In this document: positions 9,630 through 19,677 of the stretch, in pieces
Position numbering within the stretch: position 1 is the stretch's first letter
How the letters are laid out: the number at the start of each line of letters is the position of its first letter
Source of the DNA: an uncultured Pseudomonadales bacterium
GTDB lineage: Bacteria; Patescibacteriota; Microgenomatia; UBA1400; MFAQ01
Length of the DNA stretch: 64,000 nt
Assembly (NCBI GenBank): GCA_964357975.1
Contig: CAYHNG010000001.1
Coordinates: 47,007-111,006 of the forward strand
Direction: 5' to 3'
Program-made: the position numbers and the translations under genes
The notes under the pieces: model-generated
Told to the model about the DNA's origin: nothing
Databases searched by the model: none
What the model saw: only the letters and a program-made list of their open reading frames with translations

Positions 9630-10904
9630 TTATTCAGCTACAAATGAGGAGTCGAGCTTTGAGGTTGTGACAAATTGTTCCATGTCGTGAATAAATTTCC
9701 GGGTGACGATTTCCCTATTAAATGAGTTTACAACAAGTTCTCTACCCTTATTGGCGATCTTTTTTAGTAAGGTTTGGTGAGTCTGATAATATCTAATTTT
9801 TTGTTGGAGTCCGGCTAAAGTACCGTCGTAGGCAATATAGCTTACCCCATCCACAAGACCCAAATCCGTATACATATGGCTGTCAAGGCCAATATAGGCA
9901 CAGCCACAAGCCATGCCTTCAATAAAGTTGACCGATGGCAAACCAATATTTTCTTCAGGGCAAACAAACATTTTATATTTGTTGTACTTCTCCACGATGT
10001 CGAAGCTGTGATATTTCTTATGATCGGAATTGGTGAGCATTGTCCATATTTTATATCCCACCCAATCTGAGTAAAATCGCTTATTCGTAGAATGCCTTTC
10101 GTTTGTTTGAGGAGAGATATAACTATCAATGTATTTTTTAAGTGAGCCACTCTGATCGTAGATTGCTTTTCTCATTGGATGTAAAGCATTGGTTTTGAAA
10201 AAGTTTACATAATCGGAGTGAGCCTCGCTCACAAACTCTTTAGAATCCGAAAGAAGCAGAAGGGTACCTATGGCAAAGCACCTTGCAGTCCTCTTCTCAA
10301 AAGGTACTATGGACCGATACCTTTCTCGAAGAATAAAAGGCAAAACATACACTTTGTCGATAAAATTAAAATACTTCATAAAGTAGGGATTCTTCTTGAG
10401 ATTGGCCTCGCTCAACAGATATTTAATTCCCATACTTCTTACGTTTTTGGAAACCTGTGCCGTTCTGCCAAAATAATGTGTGGCGTTGAAAAGCTTCTTC
10501 CCCTTGAAAGTCTTTATTATTGATCTCTTTGCAACCTTATCGTTAAGAAATGTATCTGTGAAAGAACAAAAACCAAATAAGAGGTCGGTCTTCTCATCCA
10601 AGCCACCTCTATTAAAAATGATCTTTGCCTTAAGTGGGTTTATTCCATTTAAGAAACACCAGATATATATCTCAAAAAAAGATATTATTCTTAACAAGAA
10701 GTAGTTGTCCGAAACAAACTTGATCAGGGAGGATCCTGAGGTTAGTGAAGTTGCTGTACCATCGACAACAAACGCCATATCAGCCCGTTTTTCTTTAATT
10801 AGTTCCAGAAGAAAATCATTCTTTTGAGCATGAGGTTTGCGGAATAAAGACGAAAATAACGTTTTTCCAACTGTAGTATGGGGGTTATAAAAACACAATC
10901 TCAT
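9630..10904 (-). CDS. GT-B glycosyltransferase (GT4/CgeB-like C-terminal domain)
   Basis: YNKYKMFVCPEE..FIEGMACGC..IANKGRELV. ATG at 10904 preferred. Confidence 0.75.
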   Translation of the reverse strand: MRLCFYNPHTTVGKTLFSSLFRKPHAQKNDFLLELIKEKRADMAFVVDGTATSLTSGSSLIKFVSDNYFLLRIISFFEIYIWCFLNGINPLKAKIIFNRGGLDEKTDLLFGFCSFTDTFLNDKVAKRSIIKTFKGKKLFNATHYFGRTAQVSKNVRSMGIKYLLSEANLKKNPYFMKYFNFIDKVYVLPFILRERYRSIVPFEKRTARCFAIGTLLLLSDSKEFVSEAHSDYVNFFKTNALHPMRKAIYDQSGSLKKYIDSYISPQTNERHSTNKRFYSDWVGYKIWTMLTNSDHKKYHSFDIVEKYNKYKMFVCPEENIGLPSVNFIEGMACGCAYIGLDSHMYTDLGLVDGVSYIAYDGTLAGLQQKIRYYQTHQTLLKKIANKGRELVVNSFNREIVTRKFIHDMEQFVTTSKLDSSFVAE

Positions 10905-10997
10905 TTTGATTTTATTTAGTATACTGCCGTTACTGAACAAAAGGCCATTCCAAAATCCCCATATTCGGATATAATTCGATTATATTTTATCCGACAT

Positions 10998-11540
10998 ATG
11001 AAAAAAAAAGAAGTATTTATCCCCAAAAGTTTAGTATTAGACGTAGACGGAGTCATGACGGACGGGCAGTTTCATTATACCGTCGAGGGAAAGGTGTCAA
11101 AAATATTTGGCCCTGAAGACAACGATGCGCTTTGTCTCTTGCAGGATAAGCTTAAGATATTTTTTGTGACTGGGGATAAGAGAGGATTCGAAATTACCAA
11201 AAGAAGGATTGTGGATGACATGCACTTCCCACTTGAGCTAGTAAGTACTTTTGAAAGAATCGAGTGGATAAAAAGCAAGCTGGACCCGGAAAACACTATT
11301 TATATGGGTGACGGAATTTTTGATGCGATAGTTTTTAACCAAATTGGATATGGTATTGCTCCGGCAAATGCTTTTTTTAAAACAAAGGAGTATGCCGATT
11401 TTATTACAAATGCCAGAGGAGGAGAAGGAGCCGTGGCAGAAGCGTGTCTTCATATCATGGATAAATTTTTTGAACCGTTTGACCCGCTAAATATACAGGT
11501 TAATAAAATTGGTGTTTGGAGTAAAAAAAATGATAAGTAA
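10998..11540 (+). CDS. KdsC-like HAD phosphatase
   Basis: LDVDGVMTDG (motif I), VTG, YMGDGIFD, GGEGAVAE. Confidence 0.88.
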   Translation: MKKKEVFIPKSLVLDVDGVMTDGQFHYTVEGKVSKIFGPEDNDALCLLQDKLKIFFVTGDKRGFEITKRRIVDDMHFPLELVSTFERIEWIKSKLDPENTIYMGDGIFDAIVFNQIGYGIAPANAFFKTKEYADFITNARGGEGAVAEACLHIMDKFFEPFDPLNIQVNKIGVWSKKNDK

Positions 11541-12348
11541 GGACACAATATTGTGCATTTCAATTGCTGAACGACCCGGTAGTTTGGGTGCAACAATTTT
11601 CAATAACGCTTTCGAAAAGTTATCTTTGGATTATATCTATAAGCCTTTGCTGGTAAAAGCAAAGGACCTGGAAATTGCTGTTTTGGCAATTAGAGCCTTG
11701 TGCATCCGAGGTTGCGGCGTATCGATGCCTCACAAAATTGAGGTTATCCAATATCTAGATAAAGTCGATATGACAGCCAAAAAAATTGGGGCGGTTAATA
11801 CGATCGTTAATAATGACGGAACCTTGACCGGTTACAATACGGACTTTGAGGGTGCCAAAATAATAACGAAGAAAGATATTAACGTAAGAGGTTCAGATGT
11901 GTTTATTGCGGGCGCTGGGGGTGCCGCCAGAGCCATCATACAGGCTCTAATAGAAAACAAGGCCTCTAGGATATATATAACAAATAGAGACGAGCAAAAG
12001 GCGACAACGGTGGCTAAGGAATTCAAGATCGAGTTCATTCCATGGAAGGAGAAGGATATTATGTCAGGTAAGCTGCTGGTTAATGCCACGCCATTAGGGA
12101 TGAAGCTTGATGACCCGTGTATTTTTGCCGATGAAACGATTAATAACTTCGATGCCGTGATGGACGTGGTCGTAAGTTTAAATGATACCTATCTAATTAA
12201 AAGGGCCAAAGAATTTAACAAAATTACCTTACCGGGAATACGAATGTCATCTCTACAGGGAATGGTTCAATTTAAGTTGTATACTGGGGCAAATATTCCG
12301 ATAAAAATTATCGAAGAAGGAATACAAAAATTTTTAAATAAACACTAA
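11530..12348 (+). CDS. Shikimate dehydrogenase-like protein, SdhL/HI0607-type subfamily
   Basis: VSMPHK, GAVNT, YNTD, GAGGAA, NATPLGM. The N-terminus MISKDTILCISIAERPG lacks the AroE GxPxxHSxSP motif and resembles the SdhL N-terminus as recalled. Confidence 0.8.
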   Translation: MISKDTILCISIAERPGSLGATIFNNAFEKLSLDYIYKPLLVKAKDLEIAVLAIRALCIRGCGVSMPHKIEVIQYLDKVDMTAKKIGAVNTIVNNDGTLTGYNTDFEGAKIITKKDINVRGSDVFIAGAGGAARAIIQALIENKASRIYITNRDEQKATTVAKEFKIEFIPWKEKDIMSGKLLVNATPLGMKLDDPCIFADETINNFDAVMDVVVSLNDTYLIKRAKEFNKITLPGIRMSSLQGMVQFKLYTGANIPIKIIEEGIQKFLNKH

Positions 12349-12351
12349 ATT

Positions 12352-13935
12352 ATGGATTACAAAGTATGTATTTTGGCTGCTGGTTCCGGTACGCGAATGG
12401 GCAAATTATCCGATAGCATCAATAAGGCTATTCTACCAGTAAATTCTAAAGCCGTAATCTCTCATATTATCGAAAAATTCCCACCAAATATTGAAATAGT
12501 AATTGCAGTAGGACACAAAAAGGAAACGGTAATTGATTACGTTAAGCTTGCGTATCCCGAACGAAATTTTTCATTTGTCGAAATAGACAAATACATCGGT
12601 CCGGGCACCGGACCGGGCTATTCCCTTTTACAGTGCCGGAGCCAGTTAAAATGCCCTTTTGTTTTTTTTGCCGCCGATACAATTGTTCTTGAAGATGTGC
12701 CCGCTCCGGATCATAACTGGTTCGGGATTGCCCCAGTCAAAGAGACAGAGCCCTATTGTACGGTTCAAATAAAGAACAATTTGGTTTTTCAGCTTGATGA
12801 TAAAACAAAGAATGACAATAAATTTGCTTTTATTGGACTTGCCGGAGTTAGAGACTCTGAAATATTCTTTAAATCGCTGGAGAATAACAATACGAGTAAC
12901 AGTGGAGAAATTCAAGTCTCGAATGGATTTAATAGTTTGATTGAGCAAGAACTTGTGCCCATAGGATTTACATGGTTCGATACAGGGACTGAGGAAAATT
13001 ATGCTGAAACAAATAAGAATTTTTCCGGGGCTAGTAAATTTGATTTTGGAAAAGAAAGCGAGTTTATCTACTTTGTTAACGGGACGGTAGTCAAGTTTTT
13101 CGCAGATGAGAAAATTGCCAAAAACAGGTATGAACGAGCAACAAATAGCCTGTTGGGTTTGTGTCCCAAAATTGATGGTTACCGGGGGAATTTTTACTCT
13201 TACAAAAAACTGACCGGTCAAACACTTTACGATGTTTTAAATAATCACACAGTAAAGACTTTTTTAAATTGGGCCAAAGTTAATTTGTGGAAGAGAATCG
13301 AAATAACTCCCAGTGAAAAAAAGCAATTTAAAAAAGCATGTAAGGATTTTTACTATAAAAAAACAATGAAGCGTCTTAAGAAGTTTTTTGAAAAAACCGG
13401 GATTGAAGACGGTGAGACCGTCATAAATGGTATATCTGTTCCACCCCTAAAAGACCTTCTAGACAAGATAGACTGGAAGTATATTACAAATGGTGTTCCC
13501 TCTAATTTCCACGGAGATCTTCAATTTGATAATATCTTGGTTACCCGTGACCCGGTTAGTAATCTGGAAAAATTTATTTTATTGGACTGGAGACAAGACT
13601 TTGGTGGGTTGACCGGTATGGGTGATCTGTATTACGATCTTGCCAAACTTTATGGCGGGACAACACTCTCATATCAACTAATTAAACAGGGGATGTTTTC
13701 CTTTGACACCAGTGGATCAAGTGTATATTATAATTTTTATCTTAAAAACGATTTACTCGAGGCAAAGGAAGAGTTCGAGGACTTTATTATCAAAAACAAT
13801 TTCGATCTTAATAAAATAAAGATCATTACCGCACTAATCTTTCTAAACATGTCCCCCTTACATAACGACCCGTTCGATTTGATGTTATACCATTTAGGCA
13901 AGAGTCAGCTTTATCGATTGCTAAACAATAAATAA
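12352..13935 (+). CDS. Sugar nucleotidyltransferase fused to APH/choline-kinase-like phosphotransferase
   Basis: N-terminal ILAAGSGTRM..NKAILPV and WFDTG. C-terminal HGDLQFDNIL..LLDWR..GDLYYDLAKL. Confidence 0.85.
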   Translation: MDYKVCILAAGSGTRMGKLSDSINKAILPVNSKAVISHIIEKFPPNIEIVIAVGHKKETVIDYVKLAYPERNFSFVEIDKYIGPGTGPGYSLLQCRSQLKCPFVFFAADTIVLEDVPAPDHNWFGIAPVKETEPYCTVQIKNNLVFQLDDKTKNDNKFAFIGLAGVRDSEIFFKSLENNNTSNSGEIQVSNGFNSLIEQELVPIGFTWFDTGTEENYAETNKNFSGASKFDFGKESEFIYFVNGTVVKFFADEKIAKNRYERATNSLLGLCPKIDGYRGNFYSYKKLTGQTLYDVLNNHTVKTFLNWAKVNLWKRIEITPSEKKQFKKACKDFYYKKTMKRLKKFFEKTGIEDGETVINGISVPPLKDLLDKIDWKYITNGVPSNFHGDLQFDNILVTRDPVSNLEKFILLDWRQDFGGLTGMGDLYYDLAKLYGGTTLSYQLIKQGMFSFDTSGSSVYYNFYLKNDLLEAKEEFEDFIIKNNFDLNKIKIITALIFLNMSPLHNDPFDLMLYHLGKSQLYRLLNNK

Positions 13936-13942
13936 AAACATT

Positions 13943-14947
13943 ATGGCTAATAGAATTAGTGCAAAACTAGGTATCGGACCAATGAGCAGTGAAGTAATAG
14001 AGGCCGTTTTCCGGTATTCCCACTTCTACCGGAAGCAAATCATGTTAATTGCTTCAAAAAATCAAATAGATTATGCCGGCGGATACGTTAATGGCTGGAC
14101 GACCGAACAATATGCTTTGTATGTCAAAGAAATGAGGAAAATATACGGAAATAGCGATGTAAAAATTTGTCGCGACCATTGTGGGCCAGGTTTTAATGGA
14201 ATTGATAATCTTAAAGATACTTATGAAACTATAAAACATGACATCGAAAACGACTTCGATTTAATCCACTTTGATTTTTGTCATCTTTCCGGTAACCGAG
14301 AGGAAAAGTTGACTGAAACCAAGAAGGCAATCCAATACGCTGTCAAACTAAACCCCAATATCTTGATAGAAGTGGGTACCGATGAAAACCTAGGCGTAAA
14401 CTATAGCCTGCCAAACAAATCGGAGATCGAAAAAGAAATTGATTATATACAAAGTTTCTGCAGCCCGGAGTTTTATGTTGTACAAACGGGTAGTTTGGTA
14501 AAAGAAATTAATCAGGTGGGAAATTTTAATCGAGATTTTGTTTCTCAGGTTGCTGAAATTGCAAAATCAAAAGGAATCAAAATTAAGGAACACAATGCCG
14601 ACTACCTCGACAAAGAGTCGATACAGTCGAGAAAAGACGTAGTTGGCGCCATGAATATTGCCCCACAGTTTGGCGTGGTACAAACCCAGCTGGTAGTTAC
14701 CAAATGTCTGCAGTTTGGAGTCAATTTCGAGAAGTTTTTTGGAGATATTTATGACAGTGGAAAGTGGAAGAAATGGTTGATGAATAACACAGCAGAGAAC
14801 AAGATGCTATGTGCCATTATCGGTGGTCATTATGGATTCAACTTTGAAAGTTACAAAGAGATCACCAAGAAATTAAGTGATAGTGTTGATATCAAGGAGT
14901 ATATAATCACTTCATTAATAGATATAATAGTTCACTATGATATATAA
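13943..14947 (+). CDS. GatZ/KbaZ-like TIM-barrel protein (putative ketose-phosphate epimerase/aldolase)
   Basis: LIASKNQID..GGY, RDHCGP, LIHFD, EVGTDE, KEHNADY, AMNIAPQFG. Confidence 0.75.
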   Translation: MANRISAKLGIGPMSSEVIEAVFRYSHFYRKQIMLIASKNQIDYAGGYVNGWTTEQYALYVKEMRKIYGNSDVKICRDHCGPGFNGIDNLKDTYETIKHDIENDFDLIHFDFCHLSGNREEKLTETKKAIQYAVKLNPNILIEVGTDENLGVNYSLPNKSEIEKEIDYIQSFCSPEFYVVQTGSLVKEINQVGNFNRDFVSQVAEIAKSKGIKIKEHNADYLDKESIQSRKDVVGAMNIAPQFGVVQTQLVVTKCLQFGVNFEKFFGDIYDSGKWKKWLMNNTAENKMLCAIIGGHYGFNFESYKEITKKLSDSVDIKEYIITSLIDIIVHYDI

Positions 14948-15368
14948 CGCATCTCCGAAAGTGGTAACCAAGCCTTGGGGTAAAGAGCTGTGGCTCGAGC
15001 TTAATGACCGCTACTGTTACAAAAGGATCTATCTCAAAGCAGGGACAAGAACCAGTTTCCAGTATCATGAAAATAAAGTTGAGACTAATTACATTATTGA
15101 AGGAGAGGCGGAAGTATGGCTGGAAAATGAGAATGGAGGAATTGAGAAAATAATGATGAAAGCCAACGATATTTTTAATGTTCGCCCTCCACAAAAACAC
15201 AGAGTAATTGCAAAAACGGACTTGATACTACAAGAAGTATCGACCCCGGAAGTTGATGATGTAATTAGAATAGAAGATGATACCTCTAGAGCCAGCGGAA
15301 AAATTGAATCTGAACATAACAAAGCATCAGTTGACGGGAAAAAGCCAAAAAAAATAAGCTCTAATTAA
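14937..15368 (+). CDS. Cupin protein (mannose-6-phosphate isomerase type II C-terminal-like)
   Basis: KPWGKE, SFQYHENKVET, HRV, EVSTPEVDDVIRIED. Confidence 0.85.
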   Translation: MIYNASPKVVTKPWGKELWLELNDRYCYKRIYLKAGTRTSFQYHENKVETNYIIEGEAEVWLENENGGIEKIMMKANDIFNVRPPQKHRVIAKTDLILQEVSTPEVDDVIRIEDDTSRASGKIESEHNKASVDGKKPKKISSN

Positions 15369-15395
15369 CCAGCAGATACAAGGATATCAGGATGG

Positions 15396-16181
15396 TTATT
15401 TTGTAATTAAAATATAGAGACTGCTTATACCTAAGATGGAAAGCAGTGGATCCGGAATATGGAAAGCGGACTTTTTCAGATAATCATAAAGTGGGTCAGC
15501 TCTGTATTCATAGAAAAAATTTATTATATTGGGATTAATTAATGGTCTAGAGCTTTTTGAGAAGCCAATTTCTTTGCTAAGGTTTAGAATAGAGGCGTAG
15601 GAGTATCTTCCAATGTGGTGATAGACTGATACTTTCGAAAAAAAATTGCTCGCTTTTTCATCCTTTTTGATTCTAATTGATGAGGGACACACAAACAGGT
15701 AGGCTCCTCCTTGTTTGAGTAGTGAATAGACCTGTTCAAGATGCCTTTTAATGTCGTCTGGATGGATGTGCTCGACTACATGGTGCGAGAAGGCAAAGTC
15801 TACCTTAAGGCCTTTTATTTTGTCTCCGGGTAGTTCAAAGTCTTTGTTGTAGTGAATCTGTTCTGAATTGGTCGGAAAAACACCTTGAAGTTTGGGGACG
15901 GCCGAGAAGTAGACCTTTTTAAATTTTGATGAAAATAGTTTTATTTCAGAAATCGAAGGACTAAACAGGTATACAGACTTGTTCTGTGTCTTACCCGGAA
16001 AAAATGTGGGCAGTAGAGGATTGGAGACACCAGATTCTTTACCCAGATCCAGTTGAGCTACATCCCTATACCATCCCTTGTAATATTTTTCGGCGAGACG
16101 CATTCTAGACGGATAGTCTTTCAAAAGGTTCATTTCCTTATAAAATCCCTTTGCCTCGTTCAACACTTTCTGTTTATCCAT
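15396..16181 (-). CDS. Divergent class I SAM methyltransferase
   Basis: DFAFSHHVVEHI..LLKQGG (Methyltransf_11-like). Motif I not recognisable. Confidence 0.6.
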   Translation of the reverse strand: MDKQKVLNEAKGFYKEMNLLKDYPSRMRLAEKYYKGWYRDVAQLDLGKESGVSNPLLPTFFPGKTQNKSVYLFSPSISEIKLFSSKFKKVYFSAVPKLQGVFPTNSEQIHYNKDFELPGDKIKGLKVDFAFSHHVVEHIHPDDIKRHLEQVYSLLKQGGAYLFVCPSSIRIKKDEKASNFFSKVSVYHHIGRYSYASILNLSKEIGFSKSSRPLINPNIINFFYEYRADPLYDYLKKSAFHIPDPLLSILGISSLYILITK

Positions 16182-16191
16182 GATCAGCTGA

Positions 16192-17772
16192 TTATGCCGG
16201 GGCTTTCTTGTTACTAACAGGCGTATAGAGAATGGATTTGGTAGTATTCTTGAGAAAGCTTCTCATGAACAATTTAATCCCTGTATAAACTAACCTTACG
16301 GTATATCTAAGATCTTCGAAGCTATTAATTTTATTCAAAATTCTAGTTGGATTTAGATACGACATGGCTCTATAAGCAATGAAGCTCCGGTAAGCATATA
16401 GATGAAGTCTTTTGATCCTCTCTTTGTCGAAATTCATGGTCGGGGCTGCCTCTTCGTTGAGCATTTTAAACATCTCTTGATATTTCTTTTGATCAAATTT
16501 CATGGTTTTGAAAATATCATCAAAATTAAGCAGCCCTTCTTTCTTAAAGTCTTCATACACGGGTGATGTTGGCTGAGGGCTGAGAGTGAAAAAGGCAGCA
16601 AAGTCGGTTCCGGAATGTTTGGCGAATTTTATGGTGTCGAGCATCTGCTCTTTTGTTTCATAAGGGAAACCTAATATATGGGTACAGATGGTCCACATGC
16701 CAATTTTATTGGCATATTGAATCAACTCCTTCGCCTGAGATAGACTGTGTGTTTTATGAATATATTCTCGAATATCTTTATTCCCGGACTCGATGCCGAA
16801 GGTAATTCGGTAACAGCCGGCCTTTTTCATCTTTTTGATCAGCCGCTTATCAAGTGTCCAATGAGCAATACCGTTAGGAGTCGTCCACCTAATATCTAGT
16901 TTTCTTTTAATTATCTCGTCGCATATTTCACCCCATCTTTTTTTATTAACAGCGGCCGAGTCGTCCAAAAAGCCGATTTCATTTATTCCATAGGTATTGT
17001 GAAGCAGCTCAAGTTCGTCAACTGTTTTTACTGCGCTTTTGCCTCTCCAGGTCTTACCCCAGACAGCCCTCACGGTACAATAAACACAATCTCCGGGACA
17101 ACCGCGACTGGACATAATACCCAAAACGGGAGTCCTCATGGTATAAACACTACCCTTGGAAAGAGCGGCATATTTTTTGACATCGACCAACGAATAATCC
17201 AATGGAGGAAGTTTGTTCAGGTCCCAAATAAGCCGTCGCCTTTCATTTTCGATGATTTTCCTCCCCTTTTTGTACACAAGTCCTTTAACGTCAGAAACAT
17301 CTAGATTTTTCTCCAAAAGGTGATGACTCAATTCTAATAAAGTTTCTTCTCCTTCGCCAACTACAACATAATCAAACATTCCCATCCCCACAATCCATCT
17401 GGCAAATGAAGAGGCGTGATTTCCTCCAGTGACGATTTTTATCTTCGGATTTATCTTTTTGATGTAGGTCGCCAAGTTTACGATATCTTGAAAATGTCTG
17501 GAATACATACAAGACAATCCAATCAAGATAGGTTTCTTTTCAAGAATAATTTTTTTTATTTCGGCGTTTGATTTTCCGCATCTTTTCCGATTTCCGTCTT
17601 TGATCCAATCGTTAAAATCAAACATCCCCAGTTCTTCGATGCTACACGACACACCGTTGGCTTGGAGATAGGTACCAAGATTGAGTAAATTTAAGGGTAG
17701 ACTAGCCAGAATCAACTCCTGAGAGTCTTTATCAACTGTGTAGTATTGATTAAAAAGTAGAACGTCGGACAT
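16192..17772 (-). CDS. B12-binding domain radical SAM enzyme
   Basis: GGNHAS and GEGEET (B12-binding region), SRGCPGDCVYC, FGIESG. Confidence 0.92.
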   Translation of the reverse strand: MSDVLLFNQYYTVDKDSQELILASLPLNLLNLGTYLQANGVSCSIEELGMFDFNDWIKDGNRKRCGKSNAEIKKIILEKKPILIGLSCMYSRHFQDIVNLATYIKKINPKIKIVTGGNHASSFARWIVGMGMFDYVVVGEGEETLLELSHHLLEKNLDVSDVKGLVYKKGRKIIENERRRLIWDLNKLPPLDYSLVDVKKYAALSKGSVYTMRTPVLGIMSSRGCPGDCVYCTVRAVWGKTWRGKSAVKTVDELELLHNTYGINEIGFLDDSAAVNKKRWGEICDEIIKRKLDIRWTTPNGIAHWTLDKRLIKKMKKAGCYRITFGIESGNKDIREYIHKTHSLSQAKELIQYANKIGMWTICTHILGFPYETKEQMLDTIKFAKHSGTDFAAFFTLSPQPTSPVYEDFKKEGLLNFDDIFKTMKFDQKKYQEMFKMLNEEAAPTMNFDKERIKRLHLYAYRSFIAYRAMSYLNPTRILNKINSFEDLRYTVRLVYTGIKLFMRSFLKNTTKSILYTPVSNKKAPA

Positions 17773-17834
17773 GAGATTGTTATTAATTGGTGTCTATTGA
17801 TAATAAGAGATTGTAACCCTTGAAGATGAATTTT

Positions 17835-19670
17835 TCATCCATGTTTAGAGAGCCAATAATTGACAGCGAAGATTCTTAACAATTTGAACTGATTGTTACA
17901 AGTGTTATCCATGTGCTCCCGATATAGTTTATTAACGTATTTTTGGTTGAACATATCGTTTTTCTGGTGGAGATAATGAGAAAAAGTTTCTTTTAATTCT
18001 TTCTTTATCCATTTATCCAAAGGCACACCGAACCCTTTTTTCGGTCGGTAAATAAAATCTCTCGAATAGAAACGCTCCGCTAACTTTTTGGTCAGATATT
18101 TAGTTATTCCGCCTTTTATTTTCCAATTTCCTCCAAGACCAAAGACAAACTCTGCCAGTTTGGTATCCAAAAAAGGGTTTCTCATTTCCACGGAGGCGGC
18201 CATGCAAGTCCTGTCACCTTTTACCAGGTACCAATCCGGCAATTGAAGTCGGCAATCCAAATAGAGGGCTTTATTTAATAAATCGTCTTGTTTAAATTGA
18301 CTCTCTGCTAGGTGCGCATCAGAAAATATTTCCATCATCGACAATTCTTTACTTAACAACTGCTCGGCTTCCTCCCTCAAGAAACTTCCGCTTCCAAAAA
18401 GAAATTGTCTTTCGGAAAATTCATATTGATATCCTGCCAATAATTTTTTTATATTTGGACTGACCGATGTCTTGCTCAACAATGAGGCGAGAGGCTTAAG
18501 AAACTTGGTTTTTTCGATCAAGTACTGTGCTTTGTATTTTTCGTAACCTCCGAAAATTTCATCCCCCCCATCACCGCTCAAAACCACAGTCATGTCTTTC
18601 TTAGCCTGCTTAGCTACAAAGAATAATGGTACAACGGCGGCATCAGCCAGAGGTTCATCAAGATAATCCATGATTTCCAAGAAAGTTGACTGAACATCTT
18701 TTCCGCTGAATTCACACAAATGATAATCCAAGTCGTATTTGTTGACCACTTGCTTTACGTACTTTGATTCATCAGCGCTTGGGGTGTCTTTGTAACTTAC
18801 AGTGTAGGTACAGATGTTTGAGGTGTGTTTGGCCATATAGTGGGCGATCAGACTACTGTCGATACCACCACTCAAGAACAAACCCAAAGGGACATCGGAC
18901 ATTAACCTTTTCCTAACCGAGCTATCCAGTAGTCTATCAACCTTATCGATTATCTCAACTTCATTCAGATCATCTACGATCGCTATTTGACCTAGATCCC
19001 AATATCTTTTTTTATTAATAAGCTTCCAGTTATCGATATCGAATTGAAGTGTGGTGGCGGCTTCTAGCTTGTAGACATTCTTATAAATAGTTTCCGGAGA
19101 AGGAATGTAGCCATAGAACACGAATTTTTCAATCGCAGAATAATTTAAAATTAATTTTCTTTTTATATTTGGGTTTGAAACTATTGCTTTTAGCTCTGAT
19201 GCAAAACAAAAAGAATTCTCATCTAAATAATAGTAAATAGGTTTTTTTCCAAATCTGTCTCTCCCGAGTGTAATTATATTTTTGTATTGGTCATATATTC
19301 CAAAAGCAAACATCCCGTCCAAATGTTTGACAATGTTCTGTCCGTATTCTTCATAGCCATGAACTATTGATTCAGTATCCGAGACGCTATTCCAAACGTG
19401 TTTTCTTTTTAACCCTTTTTTTACTTTTTGGAAGTTGTAGATTTCGCCATTAAAAACGATTGCTATCGAGCCATCTTCATTAAACATGGGTTGCTTGCCG
19501 TTCTCAGAGAGGTCAACTATCGATAATCTTGTTTGGCCGAGAGCGACGTTACCTGCCAGATACTTGCCTTGCTGGTCCGGTCCACGTCGAGATAATGTCG
19601 AAACCATTGTCTCGAAGAGACCTTTTTCAACTTTTTTTTGTTTTTGGATGAGGCCTACTATTCCACACAT
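17835..19670 (-). CDS. asnB: Asparagine synthase (glutamine-hydrolysing) family amidotransferase
   Basis: MCGIVG Ntn start, RRGPD, FNGEIYN, LSGGIDSS, SGDGGDE. Confidence 0.93.
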   Translation of the reverse strand: MCGIVGLIQKQKKVEKGLFETMVSTLSRRGPDQQGKYLAGNVALGQTRLSIVDLSENGKQPMFNEDGSIAIVFNGEIYNFQKVKKGLKRKHVWNSVSDTESIVHGYEEYGQNIVKHLDGMFAFGIYDQYKNIITLGRDRFGKKPIYYYLDENSFCFASELKAIVSNPNIKRKLILNYSAIEKFVFYGYIPSPETIYKNVYKLEAATTLQFDIDNWKLINKKRYWDLGQIAIVDDLNEVEIIDKVDRLLDSSVRKRLMSDVPLGLFLSGGIDSSLIAHYMAKHTSNICTYTVSYKDTPSADESKYVKQVVNKYDLDYHLCEFSGKDVQSTFLEIMDYLDEPLADAAVVPLFFVAKQAKKDMTVVLSGDGGDEIFGGYEKYKAQYLIEKTKFLKPLASLLSKTSVSPNIKKLLAGYQYEFSERQFLFGSGSFLREEAEQLLSKELSMMEIFSDAHLAESQFKQDDLLNKALYLDCRLQLPDWYLVKGDRTCMAASVEMRNPFLDTKLAEFVFGLGGNWKIKGGITKYLTKKLAERFYSRDFIYRPKKGFGVPLDKWIKKELKETFSHYLHQKNDMFNQKYVNKLYREHMDNTCNNQFKLLRIFAVNYWLSKHG

Positions 19671-19677
19671 GGTACTT

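Noticed and set aside
10960-10996. Inverted repeat tcggata...tatccga between the divergent genes
   Set aside because: It is short and AT-rich and is explained by back-to-back -10 boxes. No regulator lies nearby.
11001-11009. A9 run just after the HAD gene start, and other A/T runs
   Set aside because: Lys-rich N-termini in AT-rich genes commonly give such runs, and the frames are intact.
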